DNA of 64,000 nucleotides from Candidatus Poribacteria bacterium (GTDB lineage Bacteria; Poribacteria; WGA-4E; WGA-3G): NCBI GenBank assembly GCA_026702755.1, contig JAPPBX010000049.1, positions 12,057 to 76,056 of the forward strand, read 5' to 3'. Shown piece by piece: positions 55,420 to 64,000 of this stretch (position 1 is its first letter; each line of letters starts with the position of its first letter). The notes under the pieces were generated by a model. It saw only the letters and a program-made list of their open reading frames with translations, ran no database searches and was not told where the DNA came from. The position numbers and the translations under genes were made by a program.

Positions 55420-56706
55420 TTAAGAGAGATTCGCCAGTACCTGTGTTGCGGCTTCAATGGTTGCGTTGATATCCTCGTCGGAGTGGACTAAGGAGACAAA
55501 TCCTGCTTCAAATTGGGACGGGGCAACATAGACACCACGCTCTACGAGTCCCCAAAAATATTGCTGGTAACGTTCCGTATCCGCCGTGCGGGCACCGTCA
55601 GCATCCGTGACGGTTTCCGGTGTAAAGTAGAGCATCAACATCGAACCGACTCGACTATGCCATGCATCAATGCCGTGTTTTTGGGTTGCCTCAGCGAGCC
55701 CCTCCGCGAGCGCAGAGGCACTGCGCTCAAGTTGTTTATAAATCCCCGGTTCAGCGAGCTTTTTCAGGGTTGTTATCCCTGCAGTAACGGCTAACGGATT
55801 GCCAGACAGCGTCCCTGCCTGATAGACATCGCCTTCCGGGGCAACACACTGCATGATGTCCCGCTTTCCGCCGTACGCCCCAACAGGTAAACCGCCCCCG
55901 ATAATCTTCCCTAAACAGGTCATGTCGGGCGTGACGTTATAGTAGGATTGGGCACCGCCATAAGCCACCCGAAAGCCTGTGATGACTTCATCGAAGATAA
56001 GCACAATGCCGTGTTCTTCAGTGATTTCACGGAGTTGATTGAGGTAACCTTCATGTGGTGGGATGATGCCCATATTGCCCATAATCGGTTCGAGGATGAG
56101 ACAGGCAATTTCGTCCGGATTGGCTTCTATCGCTTCGCGGACAGCATCAGGGTCGTTAAAAGGCACGGTGAGCGTATTGCGTGCGAAATCCTCTGGCACA
56201 CCGCCGCTATCGGAAAGTCCAAACGTTGCGACTCCGGAGCCAGCTTTTGCCAATAGGTAATCCACATGACCGTGATAGCAGCCGTCGATTTTGAGGATTT
56301 TATCGCGACCGGTATATCCACGAGCGACGCGGATTGCGCTCATTGTGGCTTCAGTTCCTGAGTTGACGAGGCGTACCTGCTCAATCGAAGGCACCGCGTT
56401 TGCGATGGTTTCGGCGAGTTCCGTCTCTAATGTCGTCGGGGCACCAAAACTGGTACCGCTCGATGCTGCTGAAGTGATAGCCTCCACAACGCTTGGATGT
56501 GCATGCCCCAAAACCAACGGACCCCAAGAAGCAACATAATCAATGTATTCGTTTCCATCAATGTCGTATATTTTTGAACCCTCGCCGCGGGCAATGAAAC
56601 GGGGATGTCCACCGACTTTGCTGAAGTTTCGGACAGGACTGTTGACCCCACCTGGGATAACTCGTTGTGATTTTTGCCATGCGGCTAAGGATTTACTGCT
56701 CTCCAA
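55420..56706 (-). CDS. hemL: glutamate-1-semialdehyde 2,1-aminomutase
   Basis: Start reassigned to TTG at 56706 (GGAGGA ribosome-binding site 8 nt upstream), giving N-terminus (M)[25 protein letters not shown] as in canonical HemL. PLP-lysine region present. Confidence 0.85.
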   Translation of the reverse strand: MESSKSLAAWQKSQRVIPGGVNSPVRNFSKVGGHPRFIARGEGSKIYDIDGNEYIDYVASWGPLVLGHAHPSVVEAITSAASSGTSFGAPTTLETELAETIANAVPSIEQVRLVNSGTEATMSAIRVARGYTGRDKILKIDGCYHGHVDYLLAKAGSGVATFGLSDSGGVPEDFARNTLTVPFNDPDAVREAIEANPDEIACLILEPIMGNMGIIPPHEGYLNQLREITEEHGIVLIFDEVITGFRVAYGGAQSYYNVTPDMTCLGKIIGGGLPVGAYGGKRDIMQCVAPEGDVYQAGTLSGNPLAVTAGITTLKKLAEPGIYKQLERSASALAEGLAEATQKHGIDAWHSRVGSMLMLYFTPETVTDADGARTADTERYQQYFWGLVERGVYVAPSQFEAGFVSLVHSDEDINATIEAATQVLANLS

Positions 56707-56833
56707 AGTGTTTCCTCCAATTTTTTTATGGCTATCGGCTCTCGGTTGTCGGCTTTCAGCAAAGAGGTTCCTGATAAACAAGAGCCCTCTTTCTGACTGC
56801 TGACGGCTATTCTTTTGATTGCTGACAGCCAAT
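56707..56833. repeat. operon-internal spacer repeat (GTCGG/CTGAC inverted arrangement)
   Basis: GGCTATCGGCTCTCGGTTGTCGGCTTTCAGC...CTGACTGCTGACGGCTATT...GCTGACAGCC. Open in one frame, which caused the over-long ORF call. Confidence 0.6.
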
Positions 56834-57805
56834 TTATAGCCACTCTACAACCGACTTTGCGAAATAGGTTAAAATCATATCAGCACCTGCGCGCTTGATA
56901 CTGTTTAGCACCTCTAGTGCGACCCGTTCCTCGTCAACCCAACCGTTCTGCGCCGCTGCTTTAATCATGGCGTATTCACCGCTGACATTGTAAGCAGCAA
57001 CAGGCACCTGAAATTCTGTTTTGACGCGATGAATGACATCCAGATAGGAGAGGGCAGGTTTCACCATAAGAACGTCCGCGCCCTCTTGAATGTCCAATGC
57101 GACCTCACGTAACGCCTCTTCTGCATTTGCTGGATCCATCTGATAGGAACGTCGGTCGCCAAACTGGGGTGTAGATTCCGCTGCTTCACGAAAAGGGCCG
57201 TAAAAGGCAGAAGCGTATTTGGCGGAATATGCCATAATCGGGACGTTTTCATACCCGTTTTCGTCCAACGCCTCGCGAATTACACCGACACGACCGTCCA
57301 TCATATCCGAAGGCGCGATGACATCGGCACCGGCGCGTGCATGCGATAGACTCTCCTTAACGAGCAACTCCAGTGTGGGATCGTTTTGCACTTCGTCCTC
57401 TTGGATGACACCGCAATGCCCGTGGTCGGTGTATTCGCAGAGACAGACATCTGTCATCACAAGCAGATCGGGCACGGCATCTTTAATTGCTCGGACCGCC
57501 TGCTGAATGATACCGTCGTCGGCGTATGCCTCAGTACCGAGTGCGTCTTTCGCCTCTGGAATTCCGAAGAGGATTGTTCCGGGGATTCCGAGTGCGGCGA
57601 GTTCTTTTGCAGCAGTGACGAGGGTGTCAACAGAGTATTGGTAGCATCCTGGCATTGCCGAGATTTCGGTTGCGGTGTTATGTCCATGAACGACGAACAT
57701 CGGATAGATGAGATCATCAACAGAGAGCGTTGTCTCACGAATCAGCCGCCGCAGGTTCTCATTCGCGCGGAGTCGCCTTGGACGATAGATGGGGAAGGTG
57801 CTCAT
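56834..57805 (-). CDS. hemB: porphobilinogen synthase (delta-aminolevulinate dehydratase)
   Basis: [10 protein letters not shown]-terminus. Active-site lysine contexts. Confidence 0.9.
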   Translation of the reverse strand: MSTFPIYRPRRLRANENLRRLIRETTLSVDDLIYPMFVVHGHNTATEISAMPGCYQYSVDTLVTAAKELAALGIPGTILFGIPEAKDALGTEAYADDGIIQQAVRAIKDAVPDLLVMTDVCLCEYTDHGHCGVIQEDEVQNDPTLELLVKESLSHARAGADVIAPSDMMDGRVGVIREALDENGYENVPIMAYSAKYASAFYGPFREAAESTPQFGDRRSYQMDPANAEEALREVALDIQEGADVLMVKPALSYLDVIHRVKTEFQVPVAAYNVSGEYAMIKAAAQNGWVDEERVALEVLNSIKRAGADMILTYFAKSVVEWL

Positions 57806-58728
57806 TCGTCCTCCGAAGGCGAGCCTGCGATTTCGTACCGTATCAACTCAAGCGTTTGGTCTTCGGGGCCTTCTAATCCGAAGGTTTCATTCTGCTCAGG
57901 CTTTTCGTGCATGTGCTCAAATTTGACGATCCCGACATTAGGTGCCAACCAGATAGTTGTTACAGTTACATCGTTCTGTTCTTGCGGTCCTGGTTGTTCT
58001 GGAACCTCCACAGATAGAGCTGTTTCTGTTGTTGCATCCGTTCGGTATTCAATTACTAAACAGTCCTCAAAAGTGCCAGCCTCTGTTTCGACCGTTTCTG
58101 TTCCAGTGACATTCCCTGTCTCTACAAGAGTGGTAAAGGTTTTAACAGTCTGCATCGAGCCACCCGGTAACTCCATAGGCGCCCCTTGGATATCAATTGT
58201 CATGGTTAGCACAACATTTATCTCGACAGCTGGCCACTCTTCATTGAAAGTTGCGGGTGTTGGTAGGAAATAGAAGAAGTCTTGGGATTCTACCTCAACA
58301 TCGTAATCTATATCGAATGAGATATTTAATCCCTCTGGGACTTGCTCCTGCATCCCTTGCTGGATTACCGCCATTAGTTCTTCCATCTGTTTCATTGTGG
58401 ATGCTTTGAGAGCGTTCTCAATTTCATCGCCAACAAAAAAGGCTATCCAATCATCACCAACTTGGTAGAAATAGGGGCTAACATAATGCTCAAATTCCGC
58501 CCAGTCTTCTAACGGAGGATCATAACTGAAGGCGCGATAGGTTTCACCATCAATATCCTCTGGCTCAATTGCGTAGCGCGTTACCTCATCACCATTTTGA
58601 TCTTCGTAAACCCAGTAACTGCCGACTGCATCTGGAAAGTAGTAGTTCGCCCATTCATTTCCTATTGACACCGTGCTGAAACTAAAAATGAGCAAAAGCA
58701 CGAAAATAGATTGCAATTTTTTAAACAT
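57802..58728 (-). CDS. hypothetical secreted acidic protein, 308 aa
   Basis: Signal peptide [23 protein letters not shown]. 4-bp overlap with the hemB start. Confidence 0.5.
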   Translation of the reverse strand: MFKKLQSIFVLLLIFSFSTVSIGNEWANYYFPDAVGSYWVYEDQNGDEVTRYAIEPEDIDGETYRAFSYDPPLEDWAEFEHYVSPYFYQVGDDWIAFFVGDEIENALKASTMKQMEELMAVIQQGMQEQVPEGLNISFDIDYDVEVESQDFFYFLPTPATFNEEWPAVEINVVLTMTIDIQGAPMELPGGSMQTVKTFTTLVETGNVTGTETVETEAGTFEDCLVIEYRTDATTETALSVEVPEQPGPQEQNDVTVTTIWLAPNVGIVKFEHMHEKPEQNETFGLEGPEDQTLELIRYEIAGSPSEDE

Positions 58729-58818
58729 GAGAAACTCCTCTTGTGTTTTGTATTTTCCCCAATTAAAGTATACAGAATCTTATCCCAAACGGCAAGGAAA
58801 ATTCCGTGAATGTGTCGC

Positions 58819-59904
58819 TTAGCGTTTCTCATATTCAAAGGGGAAGGTAACAGGTGCCCCGTTGTTTGACCATGAACGTGCCATCGCAACATCAATCTCC
58901 CGGTCCTTACGACCGTTGTAAGCACCATATTCAGGCTCTGTATCGTTGCGGACAGCATCGACGAGACTCATCAGCTCCGATGCAACGGTGATCTCACCGT
59001 CACTGAGTGGATAATTTTGCAGTGGATTCTCCCACACCACTTCGGGTTCAATATCAGCAACAAGCGCGGCTAAGGTTTCGTAGCCGTCAACAGTATTCGT
59101 TCTACGTGAGATGTTAATGGCACGCTGCTCATCAGCATCTTCATTCAAGATGACGGCATCGTTTCGGAAGCACATCCCTCGTTCCGCATAGAATTTTGAG
59201 CCGTTAAAGCCTCGCAGGGGCGAGCCGTAGGAGAGACTACTGAAATTGAAAATCCCAACAGCACCGTCTGCAAACTCAATGACTGCATGTTGCCAATCCT
59301 CAGTGTCGCGCTTGGGTTGCCCTTGCCGCCAGACGTGGTCCTGGACATTATATCCTTTTCGGAAGCCGTAAACCTGCACGGGTTCATTGTCAAAACCGAT
59401 GTAGCTGCGGATAAGCCCGATACCGTGATAGCCGTGCCCTCTGAAGTCATTGTAGGCGACGTTGACCTTGCCGAAGACACCTGCGAGAATCATTTCCCGT
59501 TTTATCCGCTCCGTAGGTACCCGGTAATAGTTTTCGTTGACTTCCAATTTTGTGCCGTTCGCCTGTGCGGATGCGATCATCTTGTCTGCCCATCCGAGAT
59601 CGGTGTCAATCGGTGTTTCAGTGCAATAACTGACACCTCGTTCAGAACAGAGCAAGCCTGGAATATGATTGTTGCTGGGCGTAATCACGATAGCGCAGAT
59701 ATCAGGTTTCACCGTGTCCAGCATCTGCTCAGTGTCTGTGTAAGCAGGGACGTTGTATTTCTCGCCCTGTTCAGTAACACTCTCTTCGCGTGGATCGCAA
59801 ACTGCGACGAGTTCCAAGTCGTCTGTTAATTTTGAGATAAGGGGAAGGTAGGTTCCTGCACCGCGTCTGCCTGTACCAATATGCGCGATTTTGAGTTTAT
59901 CCAC
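58819..59904 (-). CDS. Gfo/Idh/MocA family oxidoreductase
   Basis: GTG start with a GAGGAGG ribosome-binding site. LKIAHIGTGRRG Rossmann N-terminus. Confidence 0.8.
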   Translation of the reverse strand: MDKLKIAHIGTGRRGAGTYLPLISKLTDDLELVAVCDPREESVTEQGEKYNVPAYTDTEQMLDTVKPDICAIVITPSNNHIPGLLCSERGVSYCTETPIDTDLGWADKMIASAQANGTKLEVNENYYRVPTERIKREMILAGVFGKVNVAYNDFRGHGYHGIGLIRSYIGFDNEPVQVYGFRKGYNVQDHVWRQGQPKRDTEDWQHAVIEFADGAVGIFNFSSLSYGSPLRGFNGSKFYAERGMCFRNDAVILNEDADEQRAINISRRTNTVDGYETLAALVADIEPEVVWENPLQNYPLSDGEITVASELMSLVDAVRNDTEPEYGAYNGRKDREIDVAMARSWSNNGAPVTFPFEYEKR

Positions 59905-59946
59905 GGCTTTCCTCCTCGGAGGGATGTTAGTCGGTGCCAGCCTTTA

Positions 59947-60480
59947 TTATTCCACCCAAAAGACATGGCTCCGCTCAAAGAGATCGTCATCTAAGTAGAT
60001 TTCAACGAACCATTCGCCTGTAATTTCTGGCAGGTCAATGTAAAACCACGTAATTTTATCGCCGGTTGTTGATCTGAGAATCTGCTCCCCTGTCCAGAAC
60101 GGAGGATCGTCCAAGTCATCCTCTGGCGAGTACCACAAGACTTTAACGGTGTGTGGTTCCGCGATATTTGCCCATAAGATCCATAAAAATACCCGATCAT
60201 TGACCCCAGCAGAGAAAGTGGTCGTGATACCATCGGGTCTATCCTCAAAGACACTGATTGCCAAAACAGAATCGACAATAGTCGGCTCATCTCGTCCTAT
60301 ATCTGTGACACCACTTCCACCGGAAGAGGTCTCACTACAACCGCTCAAGGCAATTGTTAGCGACAGTAGCACTATCCCGAATATGGAATATGGCGTTGGG
60401 AGCAACTTCCTGACGAAGGTGTAGGCTTGATGCACGTGTCTTCTCCTGTGTAGAGCGCGAAACTTCAGTGAGTAATCCAA
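59947..60480 (-). CDS. hypothetical lipoprotein
   Basis: LTIALSGCSE lipobox after a hydrophobic segment. Confidence 0.45.
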   Translation of the reverse strand: MDYSLKFRALHRRRHVHQAYTFVRKLLPTPYSIFGIVLLSLTIALSGCSETSSGGSGVTDIGRDEPTIVDSVLAISVFEDRPDGITTTFSAGVNDRVFLWILWANIAEPHTVKVLWYSPEDDLDDPPFWTGEQILRSTTGDKITWFYIDLPEITGEWFVEIYLDDDLFERSHVFWVE

Positions 60481-60489
60481 TACAAATTC

Positions 60490-61960
60490 CAGTTTCTATT
60501 GTATCAGTCTGCCGATTTTTTTTGACATACTCCCACAGCTGAAGCAGTGGGATTCTCTAAGAATCCTTCGCTTTTCTGTGTGGATCGTGGGGTATAGACT
60601 TCGGATGAAATCTACGAGGGGGGCTTGCGATGGCAAGTCTGACACCCTCTAACCCAAAGGTTGATGCCCCAACCTTAAGTATATTGATCGCAGCGTTGAC
60701 ATCCCGGTGATGTTTTCGCTCGCAACCTGAACATTTCCACTCACGGACATCAAGAGTCATGAACATATCTATTTGTCCGCAGTGGCTACACGTTCTCGAA
60801 GTCGGCTCAAATCTATCAATGTAGCAGACTTGCTTGCTGTGCTTTTTCGCTTGGTGCCGCAACTTCAGATGGAACGCATACGGCGCAATATCTGATACTT
60901 TGCGTCCCCAGAGACGCTTCATACCTTCAAAAGTAAGCGTCTCAAAACACAGCACATCGTATTGATGCACCAATTGCTTCGCAAGTTTCCAATGATGATT
61001 TTCGCGGAGCCGTCTGATTTTACGATGAACACGGGCAACATTCTTGCGTTCTCGGTCTCTATTGTTGCTATCTTTTTGCTTGCTTGACTGCTTCTGTTGG
61101 GTTTCCGATTTTAGGTGAGACTGTGCTGTGCTATAGAAGTGAGGCGACTCACGTTGTGTGCCATCCGAACACGTGAACATCGTTTTGATACCGAAGTCGT
61201 ACCCTGCAGCTTTACCCATCTTGGGTGTCGCTTCGGTTGCGATGTGGTCTGTTACAACGGACATATAGAAGTCGCCAAGTGGGTCTGCTTTAACAGTCAC
61301 CGTCTTGATACTGCCGAGTATCGGACGACTCAGGTTAAAGCGATACTGATGTTTCATGATACGCACTTTATCGCCATAGATACCAAAACCGAGATCGCCT
61401 TCTTCGGGATCAGCAAATGTGAACCCCGATTGGCACATCGTGAAGGAGTAAGGCTTCCGCCATGACCGAAACTTCGGAGGACGTTTGGCAAGACCGTCAA
61501 AGAACTTTTCGTAGCCAGCATTCAGACGTTTGAGGATTTCACGGGCTGACCACGTATTGAGTTCTCGCCAATGGGCAAACATTTCAGGATGTGAGTTCTT
61601 TAGCACGGTAAACTCGCGCGACATCTCCTTAAAAGACATATAGGGGAGTCCAAGAGCATAGCGCGTGCGTTGCCAACCCAGAAAATAATTCCATATTGTG
61701 TGCGCGATCCACGTCTTTCGCTTCAGATTCCGAGTGCGTGGCGCACGAAAGAGTTTGTAATTTGTGGTATACATCGTGTTTCCTTTACATCGTAAAACCA
61801 ACTTCAAACGGTGTGGTGGCACTCTCATGCGAGAGGCGAAGTCTACCGCCATGATGTAAGGATAGTATACCACATTTTTAGGAAAAATCAAATATTTTTT
61901 CATACAGAGGCATGGGCGTTACCGATCGGACCACAAGCTAAAGCATGTGGCTTGTTAGAC
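60490..61960 (-). mobile_element. IS200/IS605-family element carrying only tnpB (IS1341-like); boundaries approximate
   Basis: TnpB ORF with subterminal hairpins at 60532..60565. No Y1 TnpA adjacent. Confidence 0.55.
60557..61774 (-). CDS. tnpB: TnpB (OrfB) RNA-guided nuclease of the IS200/IS605 family
   Basis: RuvC-I GYDFGIKT, RuvC-II LCFETLTFEGM, zinc ribbon CSHCGQ...CSGC, and RuvC-III HHRDVNAAINIL. Start set at MYTTNYK. Confidence 0.85.
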   Translation of the reverse strand: MYTTNYKLFRAPRTRNLKRKTWIAHTIWNYFLGWQRTRYALGLPYMSFKEMSREFTVLKNSHPEMFAHWRELNTWSAREILKRLNAGYEKFFDGLAKRPPKFRSWRKPYSFTMCQSGFTFADPEEGDLGFGIYGDKVRIMKHQYRFNLSRPILGSIKTVTVKADPLGDFYMSVVTDHIATEATPKMGKAAGYDFGIKTMFTCSDGTQRESPHFYSTAQSHLKSETQQKQSSKQKDSNNRDRERKNVARVHRKIRRLRENHHWKLAKQLVHQYDVLCFETLTFEGMKRLWGRKVSDIAPYAFHLKLRHQAKKHSKQVCYIDRFEPTSRTCSHCGQIDMFMTLDVREWKCSGCERKHHRDVNAAINILKVGASTFGLEGVRLAIASPPRRFHPKSIPHDPHRKAKDS

Positions 61961-62081
61961 AATGCCCGTCAAAGAAAAATTGCGGAAAGGGAGTTCCAAT
62001 TCGGAGATGAACCCTACCAAAGTCTTTGTTGACACACACGGTTTTTGGTGGTAAACTACAACAACAATAGAGGAGCAGCTT

Positions 62082-63629
62082 ATGAGATTTGATACAATCA
62101 TTGCAGGCGGAAATATTGTCGATGGAACGGGTAAACAGGAGCCGTTTGTTGCGGACATTGGCATTCAGGACGACCAGATTGCCGCGATCGGCGACCTTGC
62201 TAAAGCGGAAACAGGACATCGGATTTCAGCGGAGGGACAGGTTGTTTGTCCTGGTTTCGTCGATGTGCACGTGCATTCTGAAATTGCGCTGCTCGGTGGA
62301 CGCGACCAGTTCGCTGCCGTCAGTCAAGGTGTAACGACGCATTTAGCTGCACCAGATGGCTTCGGATGGGCACCCTTACCACCAGAGCAGGCGAAAGAAT
62401 TGTGGCACTACACGCAATTCGCTTATGGCGATGCTGAACTGCCACTCAACTGGCAGACACCTGAAGATTATCTCGATATGTTCCACGGGCGAATCCCTGC
62501 GAACCTGTGTCCGCAAGTACCGCACTGCGCTGTTCGGCTCGGTGTGATGGGTTGGGATCCTCGTCCAGCAACGAATGATGAACTTTTAGCGATGTCGCGC
62601 ACAACACATGAATGGTTAGAGGCGGGTGCATGCTGTCTCTGCTTAGGGTTGGATTATCAACCTTCCGCGAATGCCGATTTACACGAACTGGTATATCTAT
62701 CAAAAATCGCGGCAAGTTATGATGCCATCTACGCAGCGCACATCCGATACCGTATCCTCGGCAGAAAGAAGGCGTGGGAGGAAACGATTGAAATTGCACA
62801 ACGCGCTGGGATTCCTGTGCATATCTCGCATGAACGGGTAGACGACGAAGTCGCTGATATACTCGAACGTGTTGAGAAAGAACAGATCGATCTGACCTTT
62901 GAATCCTATCTCTACCCTGCTGGCATGACACACCTCGCCATGATGCTCCCGATGGAGTATCAGACGGGCGCGCCTGATGATATGTTAGCACATCTGGAAA
63001 ACCCAGAAGTCAGAGAAAAATCGATCGCACACCTACGAAGTGAATTACGCGACGGCAGTCAGATTGTGGGTTACAACCGTTCCGGTAGGTTTATCGGGAT
63101 GACGCTCGCTGAAGCTGCTGAAAGCGAAGGTAAGTCTTATGAAGAGTTTGCGTTCGATTTTATTCGTGAAGAAGCCGCGGTCGAAACCTTTGTGATGCCG
63201 TGGGCAACAACCCCCGAAGAAAACGAACGCATCCTGAACCGCACGGCAATCCACCCGCGCATGATGATTGCGAGCGATGGCGTTTACAACATTCCACATC
63301 CACACCCTCGGAGCTACGGTTGTTTCGTGCAGTATCTCGGCAAATTCGTGCGCGAACGCCAGTTGATCTCGTTGAAAGAAGCTATCTATAAAATGAGCGG
63401 TTTTCCAGCAGAACGATTCCGATTGTACGACCGCGGAAGAATTGACCGCGGGCTTGCTGCTGACATCGTTGTGTTTGACCCAGATACCGTTGCAGACCGA
63501 TCCACTTGGTTTGACCCGGTCCAATCCCCTGTTGGTGTAAACTGGGTGTTCGTTAACGGCGTTTCAGTTGTTGAAGATGGAAACGTGACGGGACAACTGC
63601 CGGGCAGAGTGCTGCGTCAACAGCGATAG
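62082..63629 (+). CDS. N-acyl-D-amino-acid deacylase (D-aminoacylase) family amidohydrolase
   Basis: DTIIAGGNIVDGTG N-terminus. HVHSE metal-binding motif. GAGGAG ribosome-binding site. Confidence 0.8.
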   Translation: MRFDTIIAGGNIVDGTGKQEPFVADIGIQDDQIAAIGDLAKAETGHRISAEGQVVCPGFVDVHVHSEIALLGGRDQFAAVSQGVTTHLAAPDGFGWAPLPPEQAKELWHYTQFAYGDAELPLNWQTPEDYLDMFHGRIPANLCPQVPHCAVRLGVMGWDPRPATNDELLAMSRTTHEWLEAGACCLCLGLDYQPSANADLHELVYLSKIAASYDAIYAAHIRYRILGRKKAWEETIEIAQRAGIPVHISHERVDDEVADILERVEKEQIDLTFESYLYPAGMTHLAMMLPMEYQTGAPDDMLAHLENPEVREKSIAHLRSELRDGSQIVGYNRSGRFIGMTLAEAAESEGKSYEEFAFDFIREEAAVETFVMPWATTPEENERILNRTAIHPRMMIASDGVYNIPHPHPRSYGCFVQYLGKFVRERQLISLKEAIYKMSGFPAERFRLYDRGRIDRGLAADIVVFDPDTVADRSTWFDPVQSPVGVNWVFVNGVSVVEDGNVTGQLPGRVLRQQR

Positions 63630-63654
63630 ACAAGATAACGTGGAGGGGAAAACA

Positions 63655-64000
63655 GTGGATGTGTATGATTTGACGGTTATTGGCGGCGGAAGTGCCGGAC
63701 TCGTGCTTGCCGTGGCAGGGGCAAAGTTAGGCAAAAAGACCGCGCTTGTGGAGAAACACCGCATTGGTGGCGACTGCCTCTGGACAGGGTGTGTGCCTTC
63801 TAAAGCCCTCCTTAAAGCGGCGAAGGTCGCGAATTACATCAGAGATGGTGAGAAATACGGAATTACATCCACCGACGCAACGCCCAACTGGCATCGCGTC
63901 ATGGCATACGTACGTAGCACCCAACACGTCATAGAAGAGGAACACGACAATCCTGAGCGGTTCCGTGAGATGGGGGTTGATGTTATCTTCGGAAACGGGC
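63655..64000 (+). CDS. pyridine nucleotide-disulfide oxidoreductase class I (dihydrolipoamide dehydrogenase / mercuric reductase-like), N-terminal fragment; runs off the window
   Basis: GTG start after a GGAGGGG ribosome-binding site. YDLTVIGGGSAG FAD motif. Redox-active GGDCLWTGCVPSK disulfide. Confidence 0.75.
   Translation, partial: MDVYDLTVIGGGSAGLVLAVAGAKLGKKTALVEKHRIGGDCLWTGCVPSKALLKAAKVANYIRDGEKYGITSTDATPNWHRVMAYVRSTQHVIEEEHDNPERFREMGVDVIFGNG

Noticed and set aside
56707-56832. N-terminal 42 codons of the ORF-track hemL
   Set aside because: They are encoded by the GTCRG spacer repeat. The ribosome-binding-site-supported TTG downstream gives the canonical HemL N-terminus.

Overview
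This window is a 64 kb bacterial chromosomal segment of about 50% GC with AGGAGG-type ribosome-binding sites. It is dense in genes, and the TPR, LTD, Uma2, PhyH and DUF433 content suggests a Planctomycetes-like or candidate-phylum genome. This lineage guess is inference only.

Main content:
(1) Three paralogs of a lipoprotein-type trypsin-like serine protease fused to C-terminal TPR repeats (1844..3208, 3585..5120, 49606..51075).
(2) A tandem triplication of roughly 871-aa secreted zinc metalloproteases (HEVGHTLGLRHNF motif, DUF4953-like) at 16438..24564, with a mosaic similarity pattern that suggests gene conversion.
(3) A heme/siroheme biosynthesis cluster on the minus strand: hemB, hemL, a polyprenyl synthase, a sirC-like gene, a ccsA/hemX-like gene, hemA, hemC and a cobA-hemD fusion. 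A TPR-protease gene and a Uma2 nuclease-like gene are inserted into it, and its intergenic spacers carry GTCRG-rich repeats.
(4) A convergent cluster of putative small-molecule tailoring enzymes: two GNAT paralogs, two SAM methyltransferases, a PhyH dioxygenase and an AAC(3)-family acetyltransferase.
(5) An orphan BMC vertex protein (EutN/CcmL family) co-transcribed with 5-formyl-THF cyclo-ligase.
(6) A HicB-like/DUF433 pair followed by a 298-aa multi-zinc-ribbon protein.
(7) A solo IS200/IS605 TnpB (OMEGA-type) with intact RuvC motifs.
(8) At least five families of short interspersed hairpin-containing repeats (MITE/REP-like) scattered through intergenic regions and sometimes running into gene 3' ends.

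I recognised no rRNA, tRNA or CRISPR array by eye. All functional calls rest on motifs read directly from the translations. No database search was run.
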